A stretch of 64,000 nucleotides of DNA, from NCBI GenBank assembly GCA_963674705.1, contig OY771506.1, positions 4,416,001 to 4,480,000 on the forward strand, in the 5' to 3' direction. Numbering within the stretch: the stretch's first letter is position 1; each line of letters starts with the position of its first letter. This document shows, one piece after another, positions 1 through 9,059 of this stretch. Source of the DNA: Phycisphaeraceae bacterium. GTDB lineage: Bacteria > Planctomycetota > Phycisphaerae > Phycisphaerales > Phycisphaeraceae. The position numbers and the translations under genes were made by a program. The notes beneath the pieces are model-generated. The model made no database searches. It was not told the DNA's origin and saw nothing but the letters and a program-made list of their open reading frames with translations.

Positions 1-891
1 CTCTATTGGCAGATGAACGAATCGAGTATCGTGAATCCATTCCCGGCTAGGATCGACAACCTGAACGCACTGTTGGGCTCCGGCTATACCAATTCAGGAA
101 ACGTGGGTGGTAATGTCGTCGTCGGGGTTTCCAGCATGAGCGCGGCCAACGGCTTCCCCGGCTTCGCCGCGGGCAACACCGCCTACAACTTCAATAATTC
201 GGGTTCCGGCAGCGTGATCACCAACCTGACCCTGCCCCGAGAGTCCATGACCATGGCAGGTAGCTCGATCAGCATGTGGGCGAACTCCACCGACCCGAAC
301 GACAGCGGCCTTATGAACGGCACAATGTGGCGGGGCGATGAAGGCAGCGGTCACAACCTGAGCCTGCGCATGGTCGACGACGGCATCGGCAACGGGACAC
401 TGGGGCTGTACCTGGAAGACGCCGAGGGCGCGGGCCCGAGCGGTACGCTCGTTATCGCGACCGACGGCTCGGTCGATTATTCCGACGGCCAGTGGCACCA
501 CGTGGCCGCAACCTGGGACTATGACATCAACACAGACGCCGGTACGCTCCGGGTCTATGTAGACGGCGGTATCCTCGGCGGAGGTGAAGAAGTCTCACTA
601 GCGTTCAGTTCGGCGACTTACGCGCCTATCATTTTCGAATCCGACCCGGTGAACAACCCGGGCGTGCTTGATGAAGTGATGGACTTCGACTTCCGTAACC
701 GCATGGGTAAGGGCCGAGTTAACTCCCACCGCTACAACGGTGACATCGACGAAGCGGCGATCTGGAACCGCGTGCTCTCCAGCCAGGAGATCGCCGACCA
801 GTACGCTTCGGCCATACCCGAACCCGCCAGCTTGGCGCTGTTGGCTTGCGGGGTCGGCTACATCGGAACGCGCCGGACGGTGCGTTCATAA
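1..891 (+). CDS. PEP-CTERM protein with LamG-like jelly-roll domain (5' partial)
   Basis: Frame is open from base 1 (LYWQMNE...). LamG motifs DGQWHHVAATWD and GDIDEAAIWNRVLS; C-terminal IPEPASLALL...RR. Confidence 0.85.
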   Translation, partial: LYWQMNESSIVNPFPARIDNLNALLGSGYTNSGNVGGNVVVGVSSMSAANGFPGFAAGNTAYNFNNSGSGSVITNLTLPRESMTMAGSSISMWANSTDPNDSGLMNGTMWRGDEGSGHNLSLRMVDDGIGNGTLGLYLEDAEGAGPSGTLVIATDGSVDYSDGQWHHVAATWDYDINTDAGTLRVYVDGGILGGGEEVSLAFSSATYAPIIFESDPVNNPGVLDEVMDFDFRNRMGKGRVNSHRYNGDIDEAAIWNRVLSSQEIADQYASAIPEPASLALLACGVGYIGTRRTVRS

Positions 892-902
892 CTGGACACG
901 AA

Positions 903-928
903 CGTGTGTCGGTTAACACTGACACACG
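903..928 (+). other. Intergenic stem-loop after the PEP-CTERM gene (no U-tract)
   Basis: CGTGTGTCGGT-taac-ACTGACACACG with one G-U pair. Confidence 0.5.
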
Positions 929-1002
929 CCATTTATAAAGAACACCGCATATCCTGGAGCGGATCCAGTTTTTCAGCTCAGGGATCACATGGAGGCTATG
1001 AC

Positions 1003-1800
1003 ATGCAACGGATCAAGGGCTTTACACTGATCGAACTGTTGGTTGTGATTTCTATCATTGCGCTACTGGTAGGAATCCTGTTGCCTGCATTGGGCGCAGC
1101 GCGAAAGACCGCGATAAGTGCCAAGTGCTTATCGAATCACAAGCAGCTCGCGTTGGGCATTATCAGCTACCAGAACGATTATAAGGATCACTTCCCCAAC
1201 AAGACGATCCGAGTTTACTCACCGACCGGTGTCCCGCTCGGTATAGCCTATGCCTCCTGGACCTGGGTTGGCACCGCTGCGGTGGACTCCACCGGGATGG
1301 CCAAGCGTTGTGGCGCAGATGTGCGATTTCTGAACCCGTACGTCGGCGGCCCTTACGATGACCCTGAAGCCGATGTGCCGATGGGTATGTGCCCGGCCGA
1401 TGAGAAGTCTGATGACGATTCATACTTCAGAGAAACAGGCACCTCTTATCGCGCCAATAACACGCACGCCAGGAGCCTGACACGCAACGACAGGTCCGTA
1501 TGGGGTGACGACCGACCCGGCCGCATAGCTACCGAAGTCGTCAATCCGTCCAGGACCGTCGCGATGCTTGAATCCAAGGTATTGGAGATTGTCGTCCCGG
1601 CCACGGTGAGCACGCACATTCCTATCGAAGACATGCCCGCGAAGTACTTCTTCCACTCCGGCCCGGGCGATGCCAGGTTCAACACATCGTTCTGTGACGG
1701 TCACGCCGAAATGGTCACCTACCAAAACAACGTTTGGTCGAACGAAACATACACGTTCAATATTGATAATGAAGCTGAGATGCAGACCGTGGAAAAATAG
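1003..1800 (+). CDS. Prepilin-type N-terminal cleavage/methylation protein (DUF1559-like, H-X9-DG-type C-terminus)
   Basis: [26 protein letters not shown]-terminal H...NTSFCDGHA; GGAGG at 991-995 supports ATG 1003. Confidence 0.9.
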   Translation: MQRIKGFTLIELLVVISIIALLVGILLPALGAARKTAISAKCLSNHKQLALGIISYQNDYKDHFPNKTIRVYSPTGVPLGIAYASWTWVGTAAVDSTGMAKRCGADVRFLNPYVGGPYDDPEADVPMGMCPADEKSDDDSYFRETGTSYRANNTHARSLTRNDRSVWGDDRPGRIATEVVNPSRTVAMLESKVLEIVVPATVSTHIPIEDMPAKYFFHSGPGDARFNTSFCDGHAEMVTYQNNVWSNETYTFNIDNEAEMQTVEK

Positions 1801-2167
1801 AATTCAAACTCAATGGTTTGGTATGAAGTTTGGTGAGTCACATCGGTCTCATCGGAATGAACTACCCCATCGAGACAAGCCTCCCACACTCGCCATTGCA
1901 TCCGACAAACCAGCTCGTCGATTGAATCGGCGTCCTTAGAAGTCGGAGTAATGGTGAGTGTGCATGGCTAAGGCCTGATGTATCAAGTGATTCTTAAGTC
2001 ACTGTGTATTACGTCAAATAGCAAACTAAACCAATGATGTGATATGGAGTTCACACCCACATGGCTCGTTAAACTCCGGCCTCGTGTGGAGTGTAATTGA
2101 TGCAACGACATGAGGGGTTTGCGTTAAATAAGACCAGCTTTGTCTATGAATTTTGCGGCATTTGTAA

Positions 2168-3046
2168 TTGCCTGATATGAGAAGTCGGAGGCACCGTATC
2201 ACAAGGACGTTGATTCAGGCCGTTAAGAAGGATGACGACCTGTTGGCTGAGATTGAGCAGGCCGAACCGGGGGGTGGCGTGTGTATCTGGTGGCTGGGGC
2301 ACAGCGGTTTTCTGATCAAGTCACAGTATGGCTCTATATTGATCGACCCTTATTTGGGTGATAGCCATTCAAGCCAGGATTCGATTACATCCTCACAGTA
2401 CTCAAGGCTGACCGAACGGTGTGTGGATCCATCCAGACTGACCAGCGTTGACTTGATAGCGATCACACATAACCATCCGGGACATTTAGACCCAAGCACG
2501 ATACAAGCATTACTCACAGCGAATCCGGATTCGTTACTCATAGTTCCCGGTGCGCAACGAATTAACGTGTGTGAGATCCTGGAATGCGAGCCTTATTGGC
2601 CACTTGGTGTTGATGCGGGCTTCACCGTTCAAGTCGGTGGCATGGTCGTGCATGGCATTCCGGCGTTCCATAATGAGCCCATTGTCGATAATGCGAACCG
2701 CTTCAATTGTTTGGGCTACGTTATCAACCTGGGTGGCATAACGATCTACCATGCCGGTGATACGATCCAAAACGACCCAATTATTCAGGCGCTGAGCCGT
2801 CACACGATTGATGTCGCGGTATTACCAATCGGCGGTAAGTTCAACGGCATGGATACTCCCGACAATCTCGATGCAAACGAAGCGGCGGTATTCGCAGATT
2901 CTATTGGTGCAAAGTTAGCTGTGCCATGTCACTATCAGATGTTTTCATCCAGCCCGGAGTCTGCGGATCATTTTGTGCAGCATTGCGAGTCATTGAAACA
3001 AGCTTACCGCGTACTCAGAAGCGGTGAACGTATAGATGTCCATTAA
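2168..3046 (+). CDS. Metallo-beta-lactamase-fold hydrolase (UlaG-like)
   Basis: WLGHSGF, LIDPY, THNHPGH, HAGDT and PCHY motifs; start uncertain. Confidence 0.8.
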   Translation: MPDMRSRRHRITRTLIQAVKKDDDLLAEIEQAEPGGGVCIWWLGHSGFLIKSQYGSILIDPYLGDSHSSQDSITSSQYSRLTERCVDPSRLTSVDLIAITHNHPGHLDPSTIQALLTANPDSLLIVPGAQRINVCEILECEPYWPLGVDAGFTVQVGGMVVHGIPAFHNEPIVDNANRFNCLGYVINLGGITIYHAGDTIQNDPIIQALSRHTIDVAVLPIGGKFNGMDTPDNLDANEAAVFADSIGAKLAVPCHYQMFSSSPESADHFVQHCESLKQAYRVLRSGERIDVH

Positions 3047-3074
3047 AAAAACAGGCATCAAATCTGATGCCTGT
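3045..3074 (-). terminator. Intrinsic terminator between convergent genes
   Basis: ACAGGCATCA-aatc-TGATGCCTGT preceded by an A-run, which is a U-tract on the minus strand. Confidence 0.75.
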
Positions 3075-3117
3075 CCTATTGAATGTGTATTGCTTGGGTT
3101 GTTCAAGCGATCATTCG

Positions 3118-4074
3118 TTAATCCTGGCTGACGACTGGGGTATTATCTGGGGCAACAAGCATATGTTCGAGCAGGCCTTCCTCCTCAAGCATCGTACGTA
3201 GTTTCTTTGACTCACCCGGCTCAAGCGAACCGAGCGGCAGCCGGCACGGGCCAAGCGGGCAACCGCTCCAGCCAAGGATCTCTTTGAGTGCTGCAAACAG
3301 GGGGAACTGAATCAGGACCTCTACTAATCTGACGGACATATATTGACATGCCTGAGCGGTGTCGATGTCACCTTCACGGAATGCTTTTATCAATCGATAG
3401 TAGATCGGTGCCGCAATGTTATAAGTGCTGCCAACCGCACCATGGGCGCCCACGGCCAGACCGCTGATCAGCATCTCGTCCGTACCCCACAGGAAGTCAT
3501 AGCGATCCTGGTACTTCTCCAGGCAGGCTTGGTACTCATGAACACGTGAGTCGGTAAACTTCACACCCGCGAAGTTTGGGATATTCTTTTGAGCATACGA
3601 AACCAGATAGTCCATATTCGGCTTGATACCGGTGAAGCCGGGTGCGTGATAGTAATAGAACGGGATATTGGGCGCGCCGCTTGCGATCTCGGCCATACAA
3701 TCCATCAGCCGCTTATCCGAATCTACTTTGAAGTAGGATGGAGCAAAAGCAGATACCGCATCTGCGCCGACGCTCTGGGCGTGCGCGGCAAGCTCGCGTG
3801 CTTCGGCGACGCTGTTATGGCCTACCTGGATAAAGACGGGGATGCGGCCATGCGATCCAGCGACAAAGGCTTCGGCAACTGTTTTACGTTCGGCGCCGGT
3901 CAGGCTTGCGCCTTCGCCGGTCGTGCCCATGACGTACATACCAGCGATGTTCATCCGAACCAGATAATCCACATAACCCGCAATCGCTTCGGGCATGACT
4001 TCACCGCTGCTGGTTAATGGCGTGCATGTTGCCGCCATGAGACCTTCAATTCTTTTTAACTGGGACACTGCCAA
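3118..4074 (-). CDS. nanA: N-acetylneuraminate lyase (DHDPS/NAL family)
   Basis: GTTGEG, YYYH, GVKFT (Schiff-base Lys), GAVGSTYN; sialidase context. Start may be GTG 4068 after AGGAG. Confidence 0.85.
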   Translation of the reverse strand: MAVSQLKRIEGLMAATCTPLTSSGEVMPEAIAGYVDYLVRMNIAGMYVMGTTGEGASLTGAERKTVAEAFVAGSHGRIPVFIQVGHNSVAEARELAAHAQSVGADAVSAFAPSYFKVDSDKRLMDCMAEIASGAPNIPFYYYHAPGFTGIKPNMDYLVSYAQKNIPNFAGVKFTDSRVHEYQACLEKYQDRYDFLWGTDEMLISGLAVGAHGAVGSTYNIAAPIYYRLIKAFREGDIDTAQACQYMSVRLVEVLIQFPLFAALKEILGWSGCPLGPCRLPLGSLEPGESKKLRTMLEEEGLLEHMLVAPDNTPVVSQD

Positions 4075-4117
4075 CTCCTAACCGCATCATGACGATGCAT
4101 TGATCCCCCCGATACCG

Positions 4118-6841
4118 CTACGACGCGGCATCCTGATTGACTGTATGAATTGTAAGCCCCGACAAATCTTTCTGCTTGCCAGGCACAACAAAACTCACAA
4201 TGTAACCGATGATGAAGCATGTTGATATGCCCACCGCCGCATAAATAAAACCCTGGATATCAGTTAATAAGGGTAGCGCAAACATCACCGCGGCCCCAAT
4301 GACCACGCCAACCATTGCCCCCAAGGCGTGACTTCTCACAGTCAGCGCGCCTAATGCAAACAAGCCGCCAAGTACGCCCATAAACAGGCCAATGATCAAG
4401 ATAAACTTGTCAAACAGACTCTTGATGCTGGGATCTACGAAAACGATTGCCAAGAGTGTGCCAGCCGTGCCCAGCAAGAGTGTTGTCACACGGGCAGCGT
4501 TTAGATACCCCTTCTCAGACTTGAACAGTTTCAATGGCTGGAAGAAGTCTACCGTCGCGGCAGTGGCCGTTGAATTCATACTTGTCGAGATGGTCGATTG
4601 TGCCGCGGCAAAGATGCCGGCAACAATCAAACCTGCGATACCGACCGGTACTTCCTGGATAATAAACAATGGCAATATCTGGTCGGTGGTGTGCGTCGGG
4701 TCGAGTTCACCCGGATTGTGTGCGTAGTATGCAAACAGAACGGTGCCGAGGCCGTAGAACAGCAGTGACGCCGGGACCGCCAGGAATGCAGCCAGCCAGA
4801 TGGAGTTTGCAGCCTGCTTGGAACTGGACGTGGTCATATATCGTTGCACAACGGCCTGATCTGCTGTGTAACTGGAGATATTCTGGCCGATCCCACCCAG
4901 GATGACAATCCACAAAGCTAGTGAAGCACTGGTCGGATCGAGATGGAAGTTGACCATGTGGAGTTTGTCATGTGCAGATGCGGTATCGAGCACGCCGGAG
5001 AAACCGCCATCGGTGCCCATCACCGCCAGGATAAAACAAAATAGTGCTCCACCCAGCAAGATGAACGTCTGGATCGTATCGGTCCAGACCACTGCTTCAA
5101 CGCCACCCATCGTGCAGTAGATGATGCTTAAAACGCCCATGATCAGAACGCATGTCACTGGCGATATCGGTGTCACCGATGCCAGGGCAAGTGCCGACAA
5201 AGACATGACGATCGCCATACGGAACACGTGGAACAAAATAAACAACAGGCTGGCGAACATCCGTACGCCTCGGTTGAATCGCTTTTCAAGGTATTCATAA
5301 GCACTTGTGGCGTCGATGCGCCTGAAGAAAGGTAGCGCGATAAACACCGCGATAGGCGCGACGACGGGGATCATCATGTTGCCGAGGAAGTAGACCCAGT
5401 CCTGAGCGTAAGCCTTGGATGGGATACCCATGAAAGTCAACGAGCTGAGCATGGTCGCGAAAATGCTGCAAGCAGCGGCCCACCAGACGATCTGCTTGCC
5501 GCCACGGAAGTAGTCGTCGGTGTTCTTGTTCTTATTCATGAAGTAAACACCGACGCCAACCATCGACAGCAGATAGATGATCAGTACGGAAAAGTTAGCA
5601 ATACCAAAAGATCGATCCGATTCGATCGGGTCGATCTTCCAGACAGCAGTGGTTCTGACGCGTGGGCGAACTTCGCCGGCAGCAACAATGATTGAACCGC
5701 CCCACTTCACGGCATTGGTTGTAACCTGGTTGCTCGGTGTAGCACCGGCTTCAACCCAAGTATCAGTGATCGTGTGATAAGCGTAGGATTCTTTAGGGAA
5801 TCCGGGGTGGTTATCGCGAAGCTCATCCGCCTTGTGGAATAACGAACCATCCGCGCCGCCAAGTATAAAGATATGCGACTGGCCAACTGATGCCGACGTT
5901 CCCGCCATTACACAAACAGGCGCGTCAGCACGCTGACGCCAGGGGATGGCAAACTCACCTTCCCCAGAATACTTGCCTGTTGATTCGTTAAAAGCTGCTG
6001 CGTCATATTTGCTGGGATTGAATTCATATACATCACGTAAGAATTCAATCGTCCCCTCTTCATCAGATACACGTCGGCCACTGATAATATAGATGCAATC
6101 ATTAAAGCCGTTATGTTGTGCCGCAACGATATTGAAAGCTCGCGCGGGTCCGGGCCAGGTAGGTAGTGCCTCCCACTTCACATTACCCGGATTATCTTCG
6201 TAGCCCGAGAGATCTAAGCGCCAAAAACCACTGTGTGCAGAATCAAGCCCCGATCCAGTTTGCCCACCCGCGACATAGACGGTTTGTCCGATCATGGCGG
6301 CCGCCATGAATGCGGATGGCTGGGGCAGCGAAGGAAGCTCTACCTGATCGACTGATTGCTTGTCCGGATCCCATCGCAGCAAGAAACAATCCGCGTAAGT
6401 GGTGTCCGCGTCGTTACCACCGATACAGAGAATGCCGAACTTTGTCGATACCGCACCGCCATAGGCAAGTGGCTTTGTAAGGTGAAACGGACCGGCCCAG
6501 ACAAGCACGCCTTCGGGATTCTTATGCAGTACCCAGATCGTGTCGTGCCAGACCTTCGGGACATCCCAGATATCCTGACCGGCTTCCGTAGGGAAGTTTG
6601 CCCCCCCTGCTACTATCAAAGCGTCGTTGGAAACACCCACAAAAGGCCCAGCCACACCGATCCCATCAGGCAAATCTGGCAGGGCATTCCATTCAAGCCA
6701 TTGACGCTCAGCGTGCTCTACCGCCTCAGCGGCAGCCCTGGCAACCGGAGGAACCCAAAACAGCAATGAGGCCAGAATGATGAAAACTGTGAACCGGATA
6801 ACCCAACAACGTTCAGACGTGTCGGATGAATGATTGAGCAT
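4118..6841 (-). CDS. Kelch-repeat (NanM-like mutarotase) domain fused to a sodium:solute symporter (sialic-acid transporter-like)
   Basis: Signal-like N-terminus and Kelch repeats (VAGGANFP, IGG, AGG), then SSS motifs DYFRGG, SAYEYLEKRF, GGVEAVVWTD, DQAVVQRY, FAAAQST. Start uncertain (ORF extends to 6919). Confidence 0.85.
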   Translation of the reverse strand: MLNHSSDTSERCWVIRFTVFIILASLLFWVPPVARAAAEAVEHAERQWLEWNALPDLPDGIGVAGPFVGVSNDALIVAGGANFPTEAGQDIWDVPKVWHDTIWVLHKNPEGVLVWAGPFHLTKPLAYGGAVSTKFGILCIGGNDADTTYADCFLLRWDPDKQSVDQVELPSLPQPSAFMAAAMIGQTVYVAGGQTGSGLDSAHSGFWRLDLSGYEDNPGNVKWEALPTWPGPARAFNIVAAQHNGFNDCIYIISGRRVSDEEGTIEFLRDVYEFNPSKYDAAAFNESTGKYSGEGEFAIPWRQRADAPVCVMAGTSASVGQSHIFILGGADGSLFHKADELRDNHPGFPKESYAYHTITDTWVEAGATPSNQVTTNAVKWGGSIIVAAGEVRPRVRTTAVWKIDPIESDRSFGIANFSVLIIYLLSMVGVGVYFMNKNKNTDDYFRGGKQIVWWAAACSIFATMLSSLTFMGIPSKAYAQDWVYFLGNMMIPVVAPIAVFIALPFFRRIDATSAYEYLEKRFNRGVRMFASLLFILFHVFRMAIVMSLSALALASVTPISPVTCVLIMGVLSIIYCTMGGVEAVVWTDTIQTFILLGGALFCFILAVMGTDGGFSGVLDTASAHDKLHMVNFHLDPTSASLALWIVILGGIGQNISSYTADQAVVQRYMTTSSSKQAANSIWLAAFLAVPASLLFYGLGTVLFAYYAHNPGELDPTHTTDQILPLFIIQEVPVGIAGLIVAGIFAAAQSTISTSMNSTATAATVDFFQPLKLFKSEKGYLNAARVTTLLLGTAGTLLAIVFVDPSIKSLFDKFILIIGLFMGVLGGLFALGALTVRSHALGAMVGVVIGAAVMFALPLLTDIQGFIYAAVGISTCFIIGYIVSFVVPGKQKDLSGLTIHTVNQDAAS

Positions 6842-7146
6842 GATGAGGTGTTTTCCAAGTGGCAGGAACGGTCTAATTGATACAAGCAGCATAATGGTAA
6901 AGGAATCTGCACGCAACAAGTATTTTTAGATTATACGAAATATATTAAACCCTGCCAATCAGGCCTATAGGCCCGGACAGGCCCAATAATTGAGGTTTTG
7001 GACAAGCCTCATGCCAGTCATATGAGAGAAAAGTGGGTATATGGCACACAATCTGCTCTCCCACAGCCCAGACCAGGTTCCCCAAGCACTCGTGTATATG
7101 ATATTAATTATTGATATCATTGATTTTATGGAATTAATAATATATC

Positions 7147-7174
7147 TTGACATACGAAAATATTATGCTAGTCT
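7147..7174 (+). promoter_or_regulatory. Putative sigma70 promoter for the sialidase cluster
   Basis: TTGACA-16 nt-TAGTCT with extended TG, in an AT-rich divergent intergenic region 50 nt before ATG 7224. Confidence 0.5.
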
Positions 7175-7223
7175 AGGATCAGGCGTGTAGTCTGCGCCCC
7201 ATTTACATGTACTTGGAGCTGAA

Positions 7224-8945
7224 ATGTCTGAGCTGTTTTTGCGTCCGTCGACCTTTCTGATCCTTCTGATTACCTGTATCTCAGCTACAGCGTCAGCTGA
7301 GACTTTAGTGGAGCGTGGCGAACCTATCGCAGTCAAGCAACTGCCGGGGCCGTGGCAGCAGGTCGACGGGGCGCTGATTGGCCAGGAGATGGGGCAATTC
7401 CTGTTCGGCAACTTCAAGATGCTTGAGGGGGACGTATCGATCAAACTGCGTATGTCGATCGAAAGCTTTAACGGAACGGCTACGGCCTTCATTCTCGATG
7501 CCAATAATTACGTGGGATTTGACTCCAGAAGCGGTAGCATTTTTCTTGAGGGCCCCCGCTTCACTGACTCTGGGTCACGTAAAATCGCAGATCGTGACAA
7601 AACCATCCAAGAGGGTGTCCCCTTCAACTTTGAACTCAAACGACAGAACGGTGAGTTGCATTTTTATATCAATGGGAAGCTACTCAGGTCACAACCCGAT
7701 CCAGCGAAAGCATTCGGAACTGTTGGCGTGCGCACTCATCGTGCCAAGATTGCGGTTTTTGATTTTTCCGCCGAAGGAAAGTCTCAGCCATTACCCGAGG
7801 ATCATGATTATATGAACCCGAGTGTTTCGTTCGAAAAGCCGGACCTGACTTCACTCAAACCTCAACCGGGTGTAGAGACATCCGTGGTGTGGGAAAGCGA
7901 TGTCGACGGTTATGACACCTATCGCATCCCCTCGGTAATCATGACTACCACGGGGACGCTGCTGGCATTTTGTGAAGGACGTGTAAATAGCCGATCAGAC
8001 ACGGGCAATATCGATCTGATTGTTAAGCGGTCAGACGACGGGGGTGCAACCTGGAGCAAGCAAAGCATTGTATGGGACGATTCGGTACACACCTGTGGCA
8101 ATCCCTGCCCGGTCGTTGATCGGAGCACGGGAGATATTGTGTTGTTGATGACACACAATCCGGGAAATGAACACGAGATAGATATTCAGGCTGGTACCGT
8201 AGCGCAAGGCAGAACGGTCTGGATCACCCGAAGCAGTGACGACGGCATTACTTGGTCTGCACCCAAGAACATCACAAGCCAGACCAAGAACCCGGATTGG
8301 GGCTGGTATGCGACCGGCCCGGGCATTGGCATACAACTCACGCATGCTCCACATACTGGTCGACTGGTTATTCCTGCAAACCACTCCATCAAGGTGGAGT
8401 CCAATGGGAAAACGGTCAGCGATAATGGCGCTCATACGATTTATAGCGATGATGGTGGCAAGACATGGAAGATGAGTGATCCAGTCAGGCCGAGTTGTAA
8501 TGAGAGCCAAGTGGTCGAGTTATCAGATGGCAGACTGATGCTGAACTCCCGTTCGTATGAGGACCCGAAACTACGGCGTATCTCTTTCAGTAGCGACGGA
8601 GGTGAAACCTGGTCCGAACCGAAGATCGAGCCTCAATTGATCGAGCCACGCTGCCAAGGCAGCACGATCCGGTTTGATACGGGGGATATATCCGCTAAGC
8701 CATTAATACTGTTTTCCAACCCGGGCACACAAGCTGGCAGATACAACCTCACCGTACGTGCAAGTATGGATGATGGTCGGACATGGCCACTCGCTAAAAC
8801 GCTGGAGCCGGGCTATGCGGCCTACTCCTGCTTGATTCAGTTGGATGACGACACCGTGGGCTGTTTGTACGAAGGAAGCAAACCCGGTCGTCCTTATCAA
8901 TGGATCGCATTTGCCCGGTTCGATTTGGATTGGCTGAAGGAATAA
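7224..8945 (+). CDS. GH33 sialidase with N-terminal lectin/DUF1080-like domain
   Basis: Signal peptide; YRIP, AFCEGR, multiple Asp-boxes SDDGGxTW, CNE, AAYS. Confidence 0.9.
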   Translation: MSELFLRPSTFLILLITCISATASAETLVERGEPIAVKQLPGPWQQVDGALIGQEMGQFLFGNFKMLEGDVSIKLRMSIESFNGTATAFILDANNYVGFDSRSGSIFLEGPRFTDSGSRKIADRDKTIQEGVPFNFELKRQNGELHFYINGKLLRSQPDPAKAFGTVGVRTHRAKIAVFDFSAEGKSQPLPEDHDYMNPSVSFEKPDLTSLKPQPGVETSVVWESDVDGYDTYRIPSVIMTTTGTLLAFCEGRVNSRSDTGNIDLIVKRSDDGGATWSKQSIVWDDSVHTCGNPCPVVDRSTGDIVLLMTHNPGNEHEIDIQAGTVAQGRTVWITRSSDDGITWSAPKNITSQTKNPDWGWYATGPGIGIQLTHAPHTGRLVIPANHSIKVESNGKTVSDNGAHTIYSDDGGKTWKMSDPVRPSCNESQVVELSDGRLMLNSRSYEDPKLRRISFSSDGGETWSEPKIEPQLIEPRCQGSTIRFDTGDISAKPLILFSNPGTQAGRYNLTVRASMDDGRTWPLAKTLEPGYAAYSCLIQLDDDTVGCLYEGSKPGRPYQWIAFARFDLDWLKE

Positions 8946-9059
8946 TCTTCGGACTCACCCGGCACGGATCCGGTGAGATCCGCCAGGTAATGCAGCCCAA
9001 TCGGGTGATGAGTATCGGCTGTCATGCGTGCGTGTGACACGTGGAGGAGTACAAGGAAG

